Shown here: positions 30,483 through 39,862 of the stretch, piece after piece
How positions within the stretch are numbered: the first letter of the stretch is position 1
How the letters are laid out: each line of letters begins with the position of its first letter
Assembly (NCBI GenBank): GCA_963762745.1
Contig: CAVXMB010000007.1
Coordinates: 168,653-232,652, forward strand
Length of the DNA stretch: 64,000 nucleotides
Direction: 5' to 3'
Source of the DNA: an uncultured Actinomycetota bacterium
GTDB lineage: Bacteria; Actinomycetota; UBA4738; HRBIN12
The notes under the pieces: model-generated
The model's database searches: none
Told to the model about the DNA's origin: nothing
Seen by the model: only the letters and a program-made list of their open reading frames with translations
Position numbers and translations under genes: made by a program

Positions 30483-30644
30483 TCGCTACCTCCACATGAG
30501 CTAGATATGGTAATAACGTTCAAGTGGAGCCTTAGAGTTTTCGCAGTTGTGAGCACGTGTTCCACAGGTGCCGCACTGAGATCGCAGAGATCGAGGCATT
30601 GGCGGGATCTCCAGTACGCGGGCCGGGGCCCGGGAGGGATGCGG

Positions 30645-31799
30645 ATGATGGACGCTCCTCAGAACTACCTCGCCGTGATCAAGGTCGTCGGGATCGGCGG
30701 GGGTGGGGTGAACGCCGTGAACCGGATGATCGAGGCAGGCCTCCGGGGCGTGGAGTTCACCGCCGTCAACACGGACGCGCAGACACTCCTGATGTCCGAC
30801 GCCGAAGTGAAGCTCGACATCGGACGCGAGACCACACGCGGACTCGGCGCCGGCTCAGACCCCGACGTCGGTCGGCGGGCAGCGGAGGAGCACGCTGACG
30901 AGATCGAGGAGATCCTGAAGGGCGCCGATATGGTGTTCATCACGGCCGGCGAAGGGGGCGGGACGGGGACCGGCGGCGCTCCCGTCGTCGCAGAGGTCGC
31001 GAGGAACCTCGGAGCCCTGACGATCGGTGTGGTCACACGCCCGTTCGGGTTCGAGGGTCGTAAGCGCGCCACCCAAGCGGACCTCGGGATCACGGAGCTC
31101 AAGAAGGCTGTCGACACACTGATCGTCGTGCCGAACGACCGACTCCTGCAGGTGGCCGACGTCAGCATGCCGATGCTCGATGCCTTCCGGATGGCGGACC
31201 AGGTGCTGTACCAAGGTGTCGACGGGATCACCTCGCTGATCACCACGCCGGGACTGATCAACCTCGATTTCGCCGACGTGAAGTCGATCATGGCCGGAGC
31301 AGGTTCCGCGCTGATGGGCATCGGGCTCGGTTCGGGGCCGGATCGCGCCACGGAGGCAGCCAAGGCAGCGATCAGCTCGCCCTTGCTGGAATCCTCGATC
31401 GACGGCGCGAAGGGTGTCTTGCTCTCGATCGCCGGGCCGACCGACCTGACCCTGCACGAGGTGAACGCGGCTGCCGACGCCATCACCCGCGTGGCACACC
31501 CGGACGCCAACATCATCTTCGGTGCGGTCGTGGACGACGCCTTGGGCGAGGAGGTGCGCGTCACGGTCGTGGCCGCGGGCTTCGACAAGGTGACGGCCGT
31601 CTCCGACAGCCGCTTCGAGAGCCGGCTCTCCCGGCTGCTCGAGGAACCCACAGAGGAAGGAACCACGAGCGAAGAGCCGCTCCCGTCGATCTTGGCCGAG
31701 GACGACGAGGACAGGGTCTTCACGAACGGTGAGGGATCCCCACCGCTGACGTTCGATGCCGAGGAGGACCTGGACATCCCGGATTTCCTCAAGAGCTGA
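30645..31799 (+). CDS. ftsZ: cell division GTPase FtsZ
   Basis: GGGTGTG tubulin signature. The start was chosen as ATG 30645, six nt after GGGAGGG; the upstream in-frame extension in the ORF track is not credible. Confidence 0.9.
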   Translation: MMDAPQNYLAVIKVVGIGGGGVNAVNRMIEAGLRGVEFTAVNTDAQTLLMSDAEVKLDIGRETTRGLGAGSDPDVGRRAAEEHADEIEEILKGADMVFITAGEGGGTGTGGAPVVAEVARNLGALTIGVVTRPFGFEGRKRATQADLGITELKKAVDTLIVVPNDRLLQVADVSMPMLDAFRMADQVLYQGVDGITSLITTPGLINLDFADVKSIMAGAGSALMGIGLGSGPDRATEAAKAAISSPLLESSIDGAKGVLLSIAGPTDLTLHEVNAAADAITRVAHPDANIIFGAVVDDALGEEVRVTVVAAGFDKVTAVSDSRFESRLSRLLEEPTEEGTTSEEPLPSILAEDDEDRVFTNGEGSPPLTFDAEEDLDIPDFLKS

Positions 31800-31845
31800 G
31801 ACCGCCCCGCGCGGCCCCTCGAACCCAGGGCGGGGAGATCCACGT

Positions 31846-31872
31846 GAGGAGGCGCCCTTCCCCCGCCTCCTC
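31846..31872 (+). terminator. hairpin GAGGAGGCG-cccttcccc-CGCCTCCTC downstream of ftsZ
   Basis: 9-bp perfect stem with no U-tract. Confidence 0.35.
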
Positions 31873-31988
31873 CCCGGATCTCCCCGCCCCGTTCGTTTGC
31901 CGGAGCCCGCGGGCCACGGAACGGCAACGGGTCACGCCGAGGAAGCGCCGCGGGAAGTCCCGAAGGAAGAGGAAGAAAAGGAGAGCAG

Positions 31989-32687
31989 GTGTCCGCGGAT
32001 CGCGAGCAGGTGCGTCGGAACGTCGAAGACGTGCGAGCCCGCATCGCGGCCGCCGCCGCCCGGTCGGGCCGCAACCCGGATGACGTCTCGCTCATCGCGG
32101 TCACGAAAACGGTCGAGGCGGAGCAGATCCGGTGGGCCGTCGACGCCGGCGTCCGGGATCTCGGAGAGAACTACGTGCGCGATCTCGGCCGGAAGCGCGA
32201 CGAGATCGGCGACGTCGTCTGGCACTTCATCGGCACCCTGCAGTCGAGCACGGCTCATCGCGTCGCCGACAATGCAGACGTCGTCCAGACGGTCGCCGGG
32301 GAGCGGGCGGCACGGCGACTCGCAGGACGTGCCGCTCGCGCCGATCGCATGCTCGACGTGTTGATCGAGATCGATCTCACGAAGGGCCGGACGGGCGTCT
32401 CTCCGAGCGAGCTCCCGGCGTTCACCGACCTGGTCGCCACGCTCGACGGTCTTCGCCTGATCGGGCTCATGACGGTCCCTGCGATCCCGACGACGGCCGA
32501 GGACTCGCGAGCGTCCTTCACCCAGCTTCGCCTGCTCCGCGACGAGATCCGAGAACAGCACCCCCATGTGCTGGCATTGTCGATGGGGATGTCGTTGGAT
32601 TACGAGGTCGCGGTGGAAGAAGGCGCTACCATGGTCCGGATCGGGACGGCCCTGTTCGGCCCCCGAACAACCAGGCCAGAGGAATAG
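31989..32687 (+). CDS. yggS: YggS-family pyridoxal phosphate homeostasis protein
   Basis: The segment LIAVTKTVEAEQI places the PLP lysine in an alanine-racemase-like N-terminal fold. Confidence 0.85.
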   Translation: MSADREQVRRNVEDVRARIAAAAARSGRNPDDVSLIAVTKTVEAEQIRWAVDAGVRDLGENYVRDLGRKRDEIGDVVWHFIGTLQSSTAHRVADNADVVQTVAGERAARRLAGRAARADRMLDVLIEIDLTKGRTGVSPSELPAFTDLVATLDGLRLIGLMTVPAIPTTAEDSRASFTQLRLLRDEIREQHPHVLALSMGMSLDYEVAVEEGATMVRIGTALFGPRTTRPEE

Positions 32688-32711
32688 GCCGGGGAAGAGG
32701 AAGGAACCGAC

Positions 32712-33179
32712 ATGAGCGGCGTGTGGAAGAAGACCCTGAACTATCTCGGTCTGGTCGAGGACGACGAGGAATTCGTCGAGGAGCTCCCCGACGTCGAGCC
32801 TGCGCCGGTGCGTCGGATGCGTCCGCAGCCCGTTCGCGACGTGTCGTCGGAGGCCGAGGGTGTGGTGCGCACGATCGCCGCCCCCCGCCAGATCGGTGCG
32901 TCGTCCGCGATCCACAAGTCGGAGCCCAAGCGGTTCAACGAGGCCCGGGAGGTCGCGGACCGCTTCAAGGAGGGCACCGCCGTCATCATGAACCTCCAGG
33001 GGACCGAAGACTCCACCGCGCGCCGACTGGTCGACTTCGCCTCCGGACTCGTCTACGGGCTCGACGGCAAGATCGAGCTCGTGGCGAACAGGGTGTACCT
33101 CCTCACGCCGGCTGACGTCGAGGTGTCGGCGGAGGAGCGGGAGCGCATCGCCGGCGGGGGCTTCTACAACCAGTTCTGA
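32712..33179 (+). CDS. sepF: cell division protein SepF
   Basis: Conserved SepF C-terminal domain at the canonical position after yggS. Confidence 0.85.
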   Translation: MSGVWKKTLNYLGLVEDDEEFVEELPDVEPAPVRRMRPQPVRDVSSEAEGVVRTIAAPRQIGASSAIHKSEPKRFNEAREVADRFKEGTAVIMNLQGTEDSTARRLVDFASGLVYGLDGKIELVANRVYLLTPADVEVSAEERERIAGGGFYNQF

Positions 33180-33228
33180 GGACGCTCCCAACCGGGCGTG
33201 GCCCTTGCGCTGCTAGCCTTGCGCGGCG

Positions 33229-33513
33229 ATGACGGCGGCCAACGGGGACGACTTCCTGAGCGAGATCATCTGCCTGGTTCTCTTCTTCTTCATGGTCGTC
33301 CTGTTCATCAGGGTGATCCTCGGGTGGTTGCAGTTCGCGGGATGGCGTCCTCCACATTCGGGTCCGCTTCGCGCGGGATTCGACCTCATCATCGACGTGA
33401 CGGAGCCCCCGCTGCGGGTGTTGCGCAAGGTCGTACCCCCGGCAGGTGTGCTGGACCTCTCGGTCCTGGTTGCGTTCGTGGTCCTGGTCGTGTTGCGTAC
33501 AGTGTTCTGCTGA
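33229..33513 (+). CDS. yggT: YggT family membrane protein
   Basis: Two-transmembrane YggT/Ycf19 architecture. Confidence 0.8.
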   Translation: MTAANGDDFLSEIICLVLFFFMVVLFIRVILGWLQFAGWRPPHSGPLRAGFDLIIDVTEPPLRVLRKVVPPAGVLDLSVLVAFVVLVVLRTVFC

Positions 33514-33586
33514 CCGGGTTTGGCGAAGGCGCATCGTGCGCGTGGGATCCGACGGAAGATGAAGAGGCCGAGATGAGGAAGCGGAG

Positions 33587-34315
33587 ATGAAGAAGAAGGA
33601 AGCGACGCCCAGTGGCGCATCGGAGTGGAACTCCCCCCCGGCGGGACGGATCACGCCGATGGACATCCAACAGAAGGAATTCCAGGTCGCTCGCTTCGGC
33701 GCCGGATACCGGATGCGGGAAGTCGATGAGTTCCTCGATCAGGTGACGGATGCGCTGTCGGCGCTCGTCGCGGAGAACGAGCGACTGCTCCGAGGATCGG
33801 GGGATCCGGGGTCGGCGCCCAGGTCGGAGCCCGCCCGCCCGGCGACCGGTGGGGCGGACCGCGCCGCTGTCGAGGCGTTCATCCTGCGCGAGAAGGGTTT
33901 CCTCCAGGACCTCGGCGGGCTGGTGCAAGAGCATGCCGAAGAGCTCCGATCGATGGTCCGCGTGGCTCGACAGAGCGCGCCCGCCACGGCCGCGACAGCG
34001 CCTGTGGCACCAGAGGCCGCGGCGGAGGTGCCGGATGAGGCTGAGGCGCCCGAACACGCTTCCGAAGACGCCGAGCGCATCGAGGCCACGGACCAGGGCA
34101 CCGTGGCCGTTCCCTCCCAAGAGGAAGGGCTCGACGACGACACGGCTCAAGAGGATGACGACGAGCCGGACGCCGCCCCGAGGGCGTCTGCCATGCCGGT
34201 CACCGAGGTCGCCGAGGAGCCGATCCGGCTCGACGAACCCGAACCCGCCCGTTCGGGACGTCAGGACGAGAAGGAGGACGGCTCGCTCAGGGAGCTATTC
34301 TGGGGCGAGGAGTGA
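33587..34315 (+). CDS. divIVA: DivIVA (Wag31/Ag84) polar growth and division protein
   Basis: N-terminal DivIVA lipid-binding domain ...ITPMDIQQKEFQVARFGAGYRMREVDEFLD, followed by a coiled coil and an acidic tail. Confidence 0.85.
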   Translation: MKKKEATPSGASEWNSPPAGRITPMDIQQKEFQVARFGAGYRMREVDEFLDQVTDALSALVAENERLLRGSGDPGSAPRSEPARPATGGADRAAVEAFILREKGFLQDLGGLVQEHAEELRSMVRVARQSAPATAATAPVAPEAAAEVPDEAEAPEHASEDAERIEATDQGTVAVPSQEEGLDDDTAQEDDDEPDAAPRASAMPVTEVAEEPIRLDEPEPARSGRQDEKEDGSLRELFWGEE

Positions 34316-34324
34316 ACGGGATCC

Positions 34325-37300
34325 TCATCCCGACTTCCTGAGGCTCACGATCACCGGCGTCCCCTCGAGCGATCCCTCGAGCCGGAACCCGTCCAGGACG
34401 GTCGTCTCCAGGTTCTCGGCTAACGTTTCCGCCGCGATCTCCTCTCGGTGCGCGGTCAGCGCGGCGGCCGGCTCGCCCGACGTCTCGATCCCGAGGGAGA
34501 TCCGATCCGTCACCTCGAGGCCGGCCGCCTTCCGCGCGTCCTGGATCATGCGGACGAGCTCCCGGGCGAGGCCCTCGCGGCGGAGCTCAGGCGTGACGTC
34601 GAGCTCGAGGGCGACGGTGACGCCGCCCTCGGACGCCACACCCAGCCCCGACCGGACGTCGTGGGTGAGTTGGACGTCGTCCGGTCCGATCGCGACGGCA
34701 GGCCCGTCATCCATGGCCACCTCGAGCTGCTCGCCCTCGGCGAATCGTCCCGCGAGTGTCCCGTCGTCGGCCGCCAGGGCACGCGCGACGGCTTGCACGC
34801 GCGGACCGAGGCGCGGACCGAGGACCTTGAAGTCCGGTCGGGCCCGCCACCGACCGAACACCTCGGCCGAGCCCGCCACCTCGACCCGTTTCACGTTCAA
34901 CTCTTCCGCCACGGTGTCCCGCAACCGATCGAACGATCCCGGCGCCTCGGCGAGGTGCACCACCGCGGCGGACAGCGGCTGCCGCGTGCGCGTCTTGGTC
35001 TCCGTTCGGATCCGGCGCCCCAGCTCCACGACCTGCCGTGCCACCGCCATCGCGCCGTCCAGACCCGGGTCGATCGCTGACTCGGACACGAGTGGGTAGT
35101 CGGCGAGGTGCACCGAGTCGGGCCGACCGTCGCGCCCGGCGGCGAGGTTCGACCAGATCTCTTCCGAGACGAACGGGACGAGGGGTGCGAGGAGCGTGGC
35201 CGTCGTGACCAGGCAGTCGTGCAGCGTGTGGAACGCGACGACGCTGTCCGCACCGCCGCGTCCGCCCGGGTTCCAGAACCGGCGGCGCGAGCGTCGCACG
35301 TACCAATTGGACAGATCGTCGACGAAGGACTGGATCCGCCGGCCCGCGCCCGTCACGTCGTAGCCGTCCATCGCGTCTCGGACCTCGCGGACGGTACCCG
35401 CGAGCCGGGAGAGGATCCATCGATCGAGGAGCGGTCGCGAGGAGGGCGGGGGAGCCTGCTGCGCATCGGGGTCGAAGCCGTCGGCGTTCGCGTAGAGCAC
35501 GAAGAACGAATAGACGTGCCACAGCGTGAGCAGGAACTGTCGCACCGCTTCTTCCAGCACGGTGTCGCCGAGCCGTCGCGAGGACCAGGGGGAGCCGCTC
35601 GTCAGCAGCACCCAGCGGAGCGCATCCGCTCCGTACCGCTCCATCACCGACATCGGATCCACCACGTTGCCCAGAGACTTCGACATCTTCCGGCCCTGCT
35701 CGTCGACGATGAACCCGAAGCAGACGACCGTCCGGTACGCGGTCGAATCGAGATGCAGCACTCCTTCCGCCATCAACGTGTAGAACCAGCCGCGGGTCTG
35801 ATCGATCGCCTCGGAGATGAAGTCCGCGGGGAACCGTCGTTCGAACGCCGCTTCCCCTCGCCCGAGCTCGGGGTGGTACCCCCACTGGGCGAACGGCATC
35901 GCGCCGGAGTCGTACCAGGCGTCGATCACCTCGGGAACGCGCCGCGACTCCTCGCCGCACTCCGGACACTCGAACGTGACCTCATCGATCGTGGGACGGT
36001 GCGGATCGAGACCGGTCAGGTCGCGTCCGGCCAGCGTGCCGAGCTCGGCCAGCGAGCCGATAGCCGTCACATGTCCCGCGCGACACCGCCAGATCGGGAG
36101 CGGCGTTCCCCAGTACCGCTCGCGGGACAGCGCCCAGTCGACGTTGTTCTCCAGCCAGTTCCCGAATCGGCCGTGCTTGATGTGATCGGGATGCCAGTCG
36201 ACCTGCTCGTTCACTTCGAGGAGGCGTTCCTTCACGGCCGTCGTGCGCACGTACCACGACGTGCGGGCGTAGTAGAGCAGCGGTGTCGCGCAGCGCCAGC
36301 AGAACGGATAGGTGTGCGAGATCGTGCCGGCGCGGAGCAGGCGACCGCGGGTCGCGAGGTCCTCGACGATCGCCGGATCCGCGTCCTTCACGAACAGCCC
36401 GCGGATGAACTCGGGGGCGAGGTCGGTGAATCGGCCGTCGTCGCCGACCGGCTTGAAGACCTGCCAGCCCTGCGCGCGTCCGACCTCGAGATCTTCGGGG
36501 CCGAACGCGGGGGCAAGGTGCACGATGCCGGTGCCATCCTCCATCTGGACGAACGCTCCCGCGACGACGATGTGGGCGCCCTCGACGTTGGGATACGGCG
36601 GCTCGTACCGCGCTCCGAGGAGCGCCTCACCGGGCACGGTCTTCCGGATCGTCCATCCGTCACCGAGCGCCTCGGCGGCGAGCGGCTCGGCGACGATCGC
36701 TCGCTCGTCGTCGTGCTCGGCGACGACGTAGGTCGCCGCCGGATCGACCGCCACGCCGGTGTTCGACGGGAGCGTCCACGGTGTCGTCGTCCAGACGAGG
36801 AGCGACGCGCCGACGAGCTCCTGATCCGCGGACCCGACGATCGGGAACCGGACGTAGACGCTCGGGTCGTCGACCGTTTCGTAGCCGAGGGCGACCTCGG
36901 CGTCGGAGAGCGCCGTCCCGCACCGTGGGCAGTACGCGGTCACCTTGTCGGCCTCGACCAGCAGGCCGCGCTCGTGCAGCCGTTTCAGCGACCACCACAC
37001 GGACTCGACGTAAGTGGGATCCATCGTCCAGTAGGCGTCGTCCAGGTCGATCCAGAAGCCGATCCGCCGCGTCAGCTCCTCCCAGTCGTTGACGTACCTC
37101 CGGACGGACACCCGGCAGCGCTCGTTGAACTCGGCGACGCCGAACGCCTCGATGTCCTTCTTGCCGGAGGTCCCGATCTCCTTCTCGACCTCGATCTCGA
37201 CCGGCAGCCCGTGGCAGTCCCACCCCGCCTTGCGATGCACGAGGTGCCCGGTCATCGTCCGATAGCGGGGGTAGACGTCCTTGAAGGTACGGGTGACCGC

Positions 37301-37495
37301 GTGTCCGATGTGCGGCTTGGCGTTCGCCGTCGGAGGGCCGTCGTAGAAGACCCACTCGGGTGCCCCTTCGCGCTGCGCGAGCGAGCGATGGAAGACGTTC
37401 GCCTTCTCCCAGAACTCCAGGATCGAGCGCTCGAGCTCGGGGAAGTGCACCTTCGGGTCGACCGGCCGGAACCGGGGGCTCTCGTGGCTCGTCAT
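34325..37495 (-). CDS. ileS: isoleucine--tRNA ligase
   Basis: HIGH (PHIGHAVT) and KMSKS (RKMSKSLGN) class-I motifs. ATG 37495 (MTSHESPRF...) lies downstream of an SD; the 46-aa upstream extension in the ORF track is leader sequence. Confidence 0.9.
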   Translation of the reverse strand: MTSHESPRFRPVDPKVHFPELERSILEFWEKANVFHRSLAQREGAPEWVFYDGPPTANAKPHIGHAVTRTFKDVYPRYRTMTGHLVHRKAGWDCHGLPVEIEVEKEIGTSGKKDIEAFGVAEFNERCRVSVRRYVNDWEELTRRIGFWIDLDDAYWTMDPTYVESVWWSLKRLHERGLLVEADKVTAYCPRCGTALSDAEVALGYETVDDPSVYVRFPIVGSADQELVGASLLVWTTTPWTLPSNTGVAVDPAATYVVAEHDDERAIVAEPLAAEALGDGWTIRKTVPGEALLGARYEPPYPNVEGAHIVVAGAFVQMEDGTGIVHLAPAFGPEDLEVGRAQGWQVFKPVGDDGRFTDLAPEFIRGLFVKDADPAIVEDLATRGRLLRAGTISHTYPFCWRCATPLLYYARTSWYVRTTAVKERLLEVNEQVDWHPDHIKHGRFGNWLENNVDWALSRERYWGTPLPIWRCRAGHVTAIGSLAELGTLAGRDLTGLDPHRPTIDEVTFECPECGEESRRVPEVIDAWYDSGAMPFAQWGYHPELGRGEAAFERRFPADFISEAIDQTRGWFYTLMAEGVLHLDSTAYRTVVCFGFIVDEQGRKMSKSLGNVVDPMSVMERYGADALRWVLLTSGSPWSSRRLGDTVLEEAVRQFLLTLWHVYSFFVLYANADGFDPDAQQAPPPSSRPLLDRWILSRLAGTVREVRDAMDGYDVTGAGRRIQSFVDDLSNWYVRRSRRRFWNPGGRGGADSVVAFHTLHDCLVTTATLLAPLVPFVSEEIWSNLAAGRDGRPDSVHLADYPLVSESAIDPGLDGAMAVARQVVELGRRIRTETKTRTRQPLSAAVVHLAEAPGSFDRLRDTVAEELNVKRVEVAGSAEVFGRWRARPDFKVLGPRLGPRVQAVARALAADDGTLAGRFAEGEQLEVAMDDGPAVAIGPDDVQLTHDVRSGLGVASEGGVTVALELDVTPELRREGLARELVRMIQDARKAAGLEVTDRISLGIETSGEPAAALTAHREEIAAETLAENLETTVLDGFRLEGSLEGTPVIVSLRKSG

Positions 37496-37790
37496 CCGTT
37501 GCCTCCACACATGCGGAACGCCTCGTCCTCGTCTCGCGAGGACGAGGCGCGAGCCCCGCGGTACCACCTCGCTTGCCGGACGCCTCTCGACGTCCAACCG
37601 CTCGCGGCCGCGATCACGGCCTGCCGCTGTCACGGGCGGACCCGCCTGCGCCTACCGCGAGCCGGAGGCCGGCTCGGTTCGGGCAGGGGCTCGGGGAGGA
37701 TGTCCGAGAGGCGCTCGGCGCCGGGCTCCCACCGTCCCCGGCTCGCTCTGGCTCCGCCGTCCCCTCGACGCGTTCCCGTCGATGCCTGTC
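37496..37790 (-). promoter_or_regulatory. T-box riboswitch leader of ileS (actinobacterial type)
   Basis: The minus-strand leader contains the conserved T-box sequence AGGUGGUACCGCGGG (plus-strand CCGCGGTACCACC at 37556-37568). An 11-bp hairpin CCTCGTCCTCG/CGAGGACGAGG (37521-37547) sits immediately 5' of the GGAGG SD. Confidence 0.65.
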
Positions 37791-37989
37791 GCGTGCATGC
37801 TACACGCGGCGGGAGTCCGGATGACACTCCGTGCGGGATCGAACCCCCGGGGGAAGCGGCTCGCGCGAGACGAGCCCCGATACCCCGCTCGGGCGACCGA
37901 AGACGCAGCGCTGCAAGGCTTCCTGTGCTGATGCGTTCCCGGGCGACATCTGGAATGGCCGATGCGCCGACGTGCTACCCTTCGCCCCC

Positions 37990-38376
37990 ATGACGCAGGC
38001 GAAGCTCACCGCGAAGGAGCTCGAGGACCTCCGTGCGCGCCTCCTGGAGGAGCGTGAGCATCTCGACACGCAGCTCGCCACGATCGTCGAGGGTTCCTTC
38101 GCAGCGACACAGTCGGACATGTCCGGCGACGTGGGGCTCGACGACGAGTCGGCGGACGCCGGCACCGCCACCTTCGAGCGCGAGAAGGACCTGTCGATCG
38201 AGAACAACGTGCGGGATCTCCTCCGCAAGATCGACGGCGCCTTGAAGCGGATGGATGCAGGTACCTACGGTCTGTGCGAACGCTGCGGCAAGCCGATCGA
38301 GAAGGCACGGATCAAAGCGCTGCCCTACGCGGAGCTCTGCATCAAGGACGCGCAAGCGGCGCAGTCTCGTCGCTGA
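37990..38376 (+). CDS. DksA/TraR family C4-type zinc-finger protein
   Basis: C-terminal CERCGKPIEKARIKALPYAELC four-cysteine finger after a coiled-coil N-terminus. Confidence 0.75.
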   Translation: MTQAKLTAKELEDLRARLLEEREHLDTQLATIVEGSFAATQSDMSGDVGLDDESADAGTATFEREKDLSIENNVRDLLRKIDGALKRMDAGTYGLCERCGKPIEKARIKALPYAELCIKDAQAAQSRR

Positions 38377-38381
38377 TCCCC

Positions 38382-38891
38382 GTGGACGCGCGGCGGAGCC
38401 GGGCGGCGTACACACTCTTCATCGTGGCGGTCGCGGCCTACGGCCTCGATCGCGTGACGAAGCTCTGGGCGGAGGGGACGCTTCTCGACAACCCGATCGA
38501 CGTGATCCCCGGCGTGCTCACGTTGCGGTTCACGACCAACTCCGGCGGCGCGTTCAGCATCGGCCAGAGCGCCCCGTGGTTCTTCGTCGGGGTCACGGCG
38601 ATCGTGGTCGCGATCATCCTCGCGACATCGTTCCGACACACGAGCCGGATCGTCGGCGCGTCACTCGGGCTGGTCCTCGGAGGAGCGCTCGGCAATCTCA
38701 CCGATCGCGCCCTCAGGGACGAGGGCTTGCGGGGGCGCGTCGTGGATTTCATCGACTTCCACGTCTGGCCGGTCTTCAATCTCGCCGACTCCGCGATCGT
38801 GATCGGCGCCGTCCTGCTCGCGTGGGTGGGAACACGCGACCGCCCGAGGGGAGAGAAGGAGCAGCCCGAGGCGACGGCGGCGCAGCGGTGA
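38382..38891 (+). CDS. lspA: lipoprotein signal peptidase II
   Basis: Four-transmembrane protein with the VFNLADSAI catalytic motif. Confidence 0.85.
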   Translation: MDARRSRAAYTLFIVAVAAYGLDRVTKLWAEGTLLDNPIDVIPGVLTLRFTTNSGGAFSIGQSAPWFFVGVTAIVVAIILATSFRHTSRIVGASLGLVLGGALGNLTDRALRDEGLRGRVVDFIDFHVWPVFNLADSAIVIGAVLLAWVGTRDRPRGEKEQPEATAAQR

Positions 38892-39772
38892 AGCGGAGCC
38901 TCACGGCGGAGGAAGGGCGACTCGACGCGGTGATCGCGCGGATGACGGGAGAACCCCGGGCAGACGTCCAACGCGCGATCGCGACCGGGAACGTGCAGGT
39001 CGACGGTGAGCCACGCCCGAAGTCCTTCCGCTTGCGAGGGGGAGAGCGGGTCACGATCGAGATCGAGCGCGATGAGCCACTCGCAGCCGAAGGCCCTCCG
39101 GTGCCGATCCGCTACCAGGACGACCACCTCCTCGTGATCGTGAAGCCCGCCGGAGTGGTGACGCATCCGACCGCCGGCCGGCGGAGCGGGACCCTCGTGA
39201 ACCGGCTGCTCGGGATGGGCGTCCCGCTCGCGCCGGCGGGCGGATCGCTCCGCCCGGGGATCGTGCACCGGCTCGACGTCGGGACCTCCGGACTGATGGT
39301 CGTGGCCAAGACCGACGAGGCCTACGAAGCCCTGCGAAGCATGTTCGGCGTCCATGCCGTGCAGCGCGGCTACCTCGCGCTCGTCCGGGGCGCGGTGGCC
39401 AACGACTCGTTCGCCGTCGACGCGCCGCTCGGCCGCCGCGCCGCCAAGATCGTCGTGGACGCGACCGAAGGCAGGGAGGCGGAGACGGGCTTCGAGGTCC
39501 GTGAGCGCCTGGACGGCGTGACGCTGCTGGAAGCCGTTCCCCGGACCGGCCGCACGCATCAGATCCGTGTGCACCTCGCGGCGATCGGGCACCCGATCCT
39601 GGGGGACCGAGCGTACGGGGGAGGCGGCGACGACGCGCGCCGGGCGGGGCTCGAGCGCCCTTTCCTGCACGCCTGGCGGCTGGCATTCATCCACCCGGTG
39701 GCAGGAGAGCGCGTCGCGCTCCGGGAGGACCTGCCCCAGGACCTCGTTGCCGTCCTGGCCGGGTTCCGATGA
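38888..39772 (+). CDS. rluD: RluA-family pseudouridine synthase (RluD-like)
   Basis: S4 domain plus the HRLDVGTSGLMVVAKT catalytic motif. The GTG start overlaps the lspA stop. Confidence 0.85.
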   Translation: MKRSLTAEEGRLDAVIARMTGEPRADVQRAIATGNVQVDGEPRPKSFRLRGGERVTIEIERDEPLAAEGPPVPIRYQDDHLLVIVKPAGVVTHPTAGRRSGTLVNRLLGMGVPLAPAGGSLRPGIVHRLDVGTSGLMVVAKTDEAYEALRSMFGVHAVQRGYLALVRGAVANDSFAVDAPLGRRAAKIVVDATEGREAETGFEVRERLDGVTLLEAVPRTGRTHQIRVHLAAIGHPILGDRAYGGGGDDARRAGLERPFLHAWRLAFIHPVAGERVALREDLPQDLVAVLAGFR

Positions 39773-39862
39773 CGGTCCGCTTGACGGCGCCGGAGAGGCG
39801 ACATAGCCTGAGGCTTCCACGAATCACAGCCATGTAAGTATCCACAACCGGCCGGGACGGGT

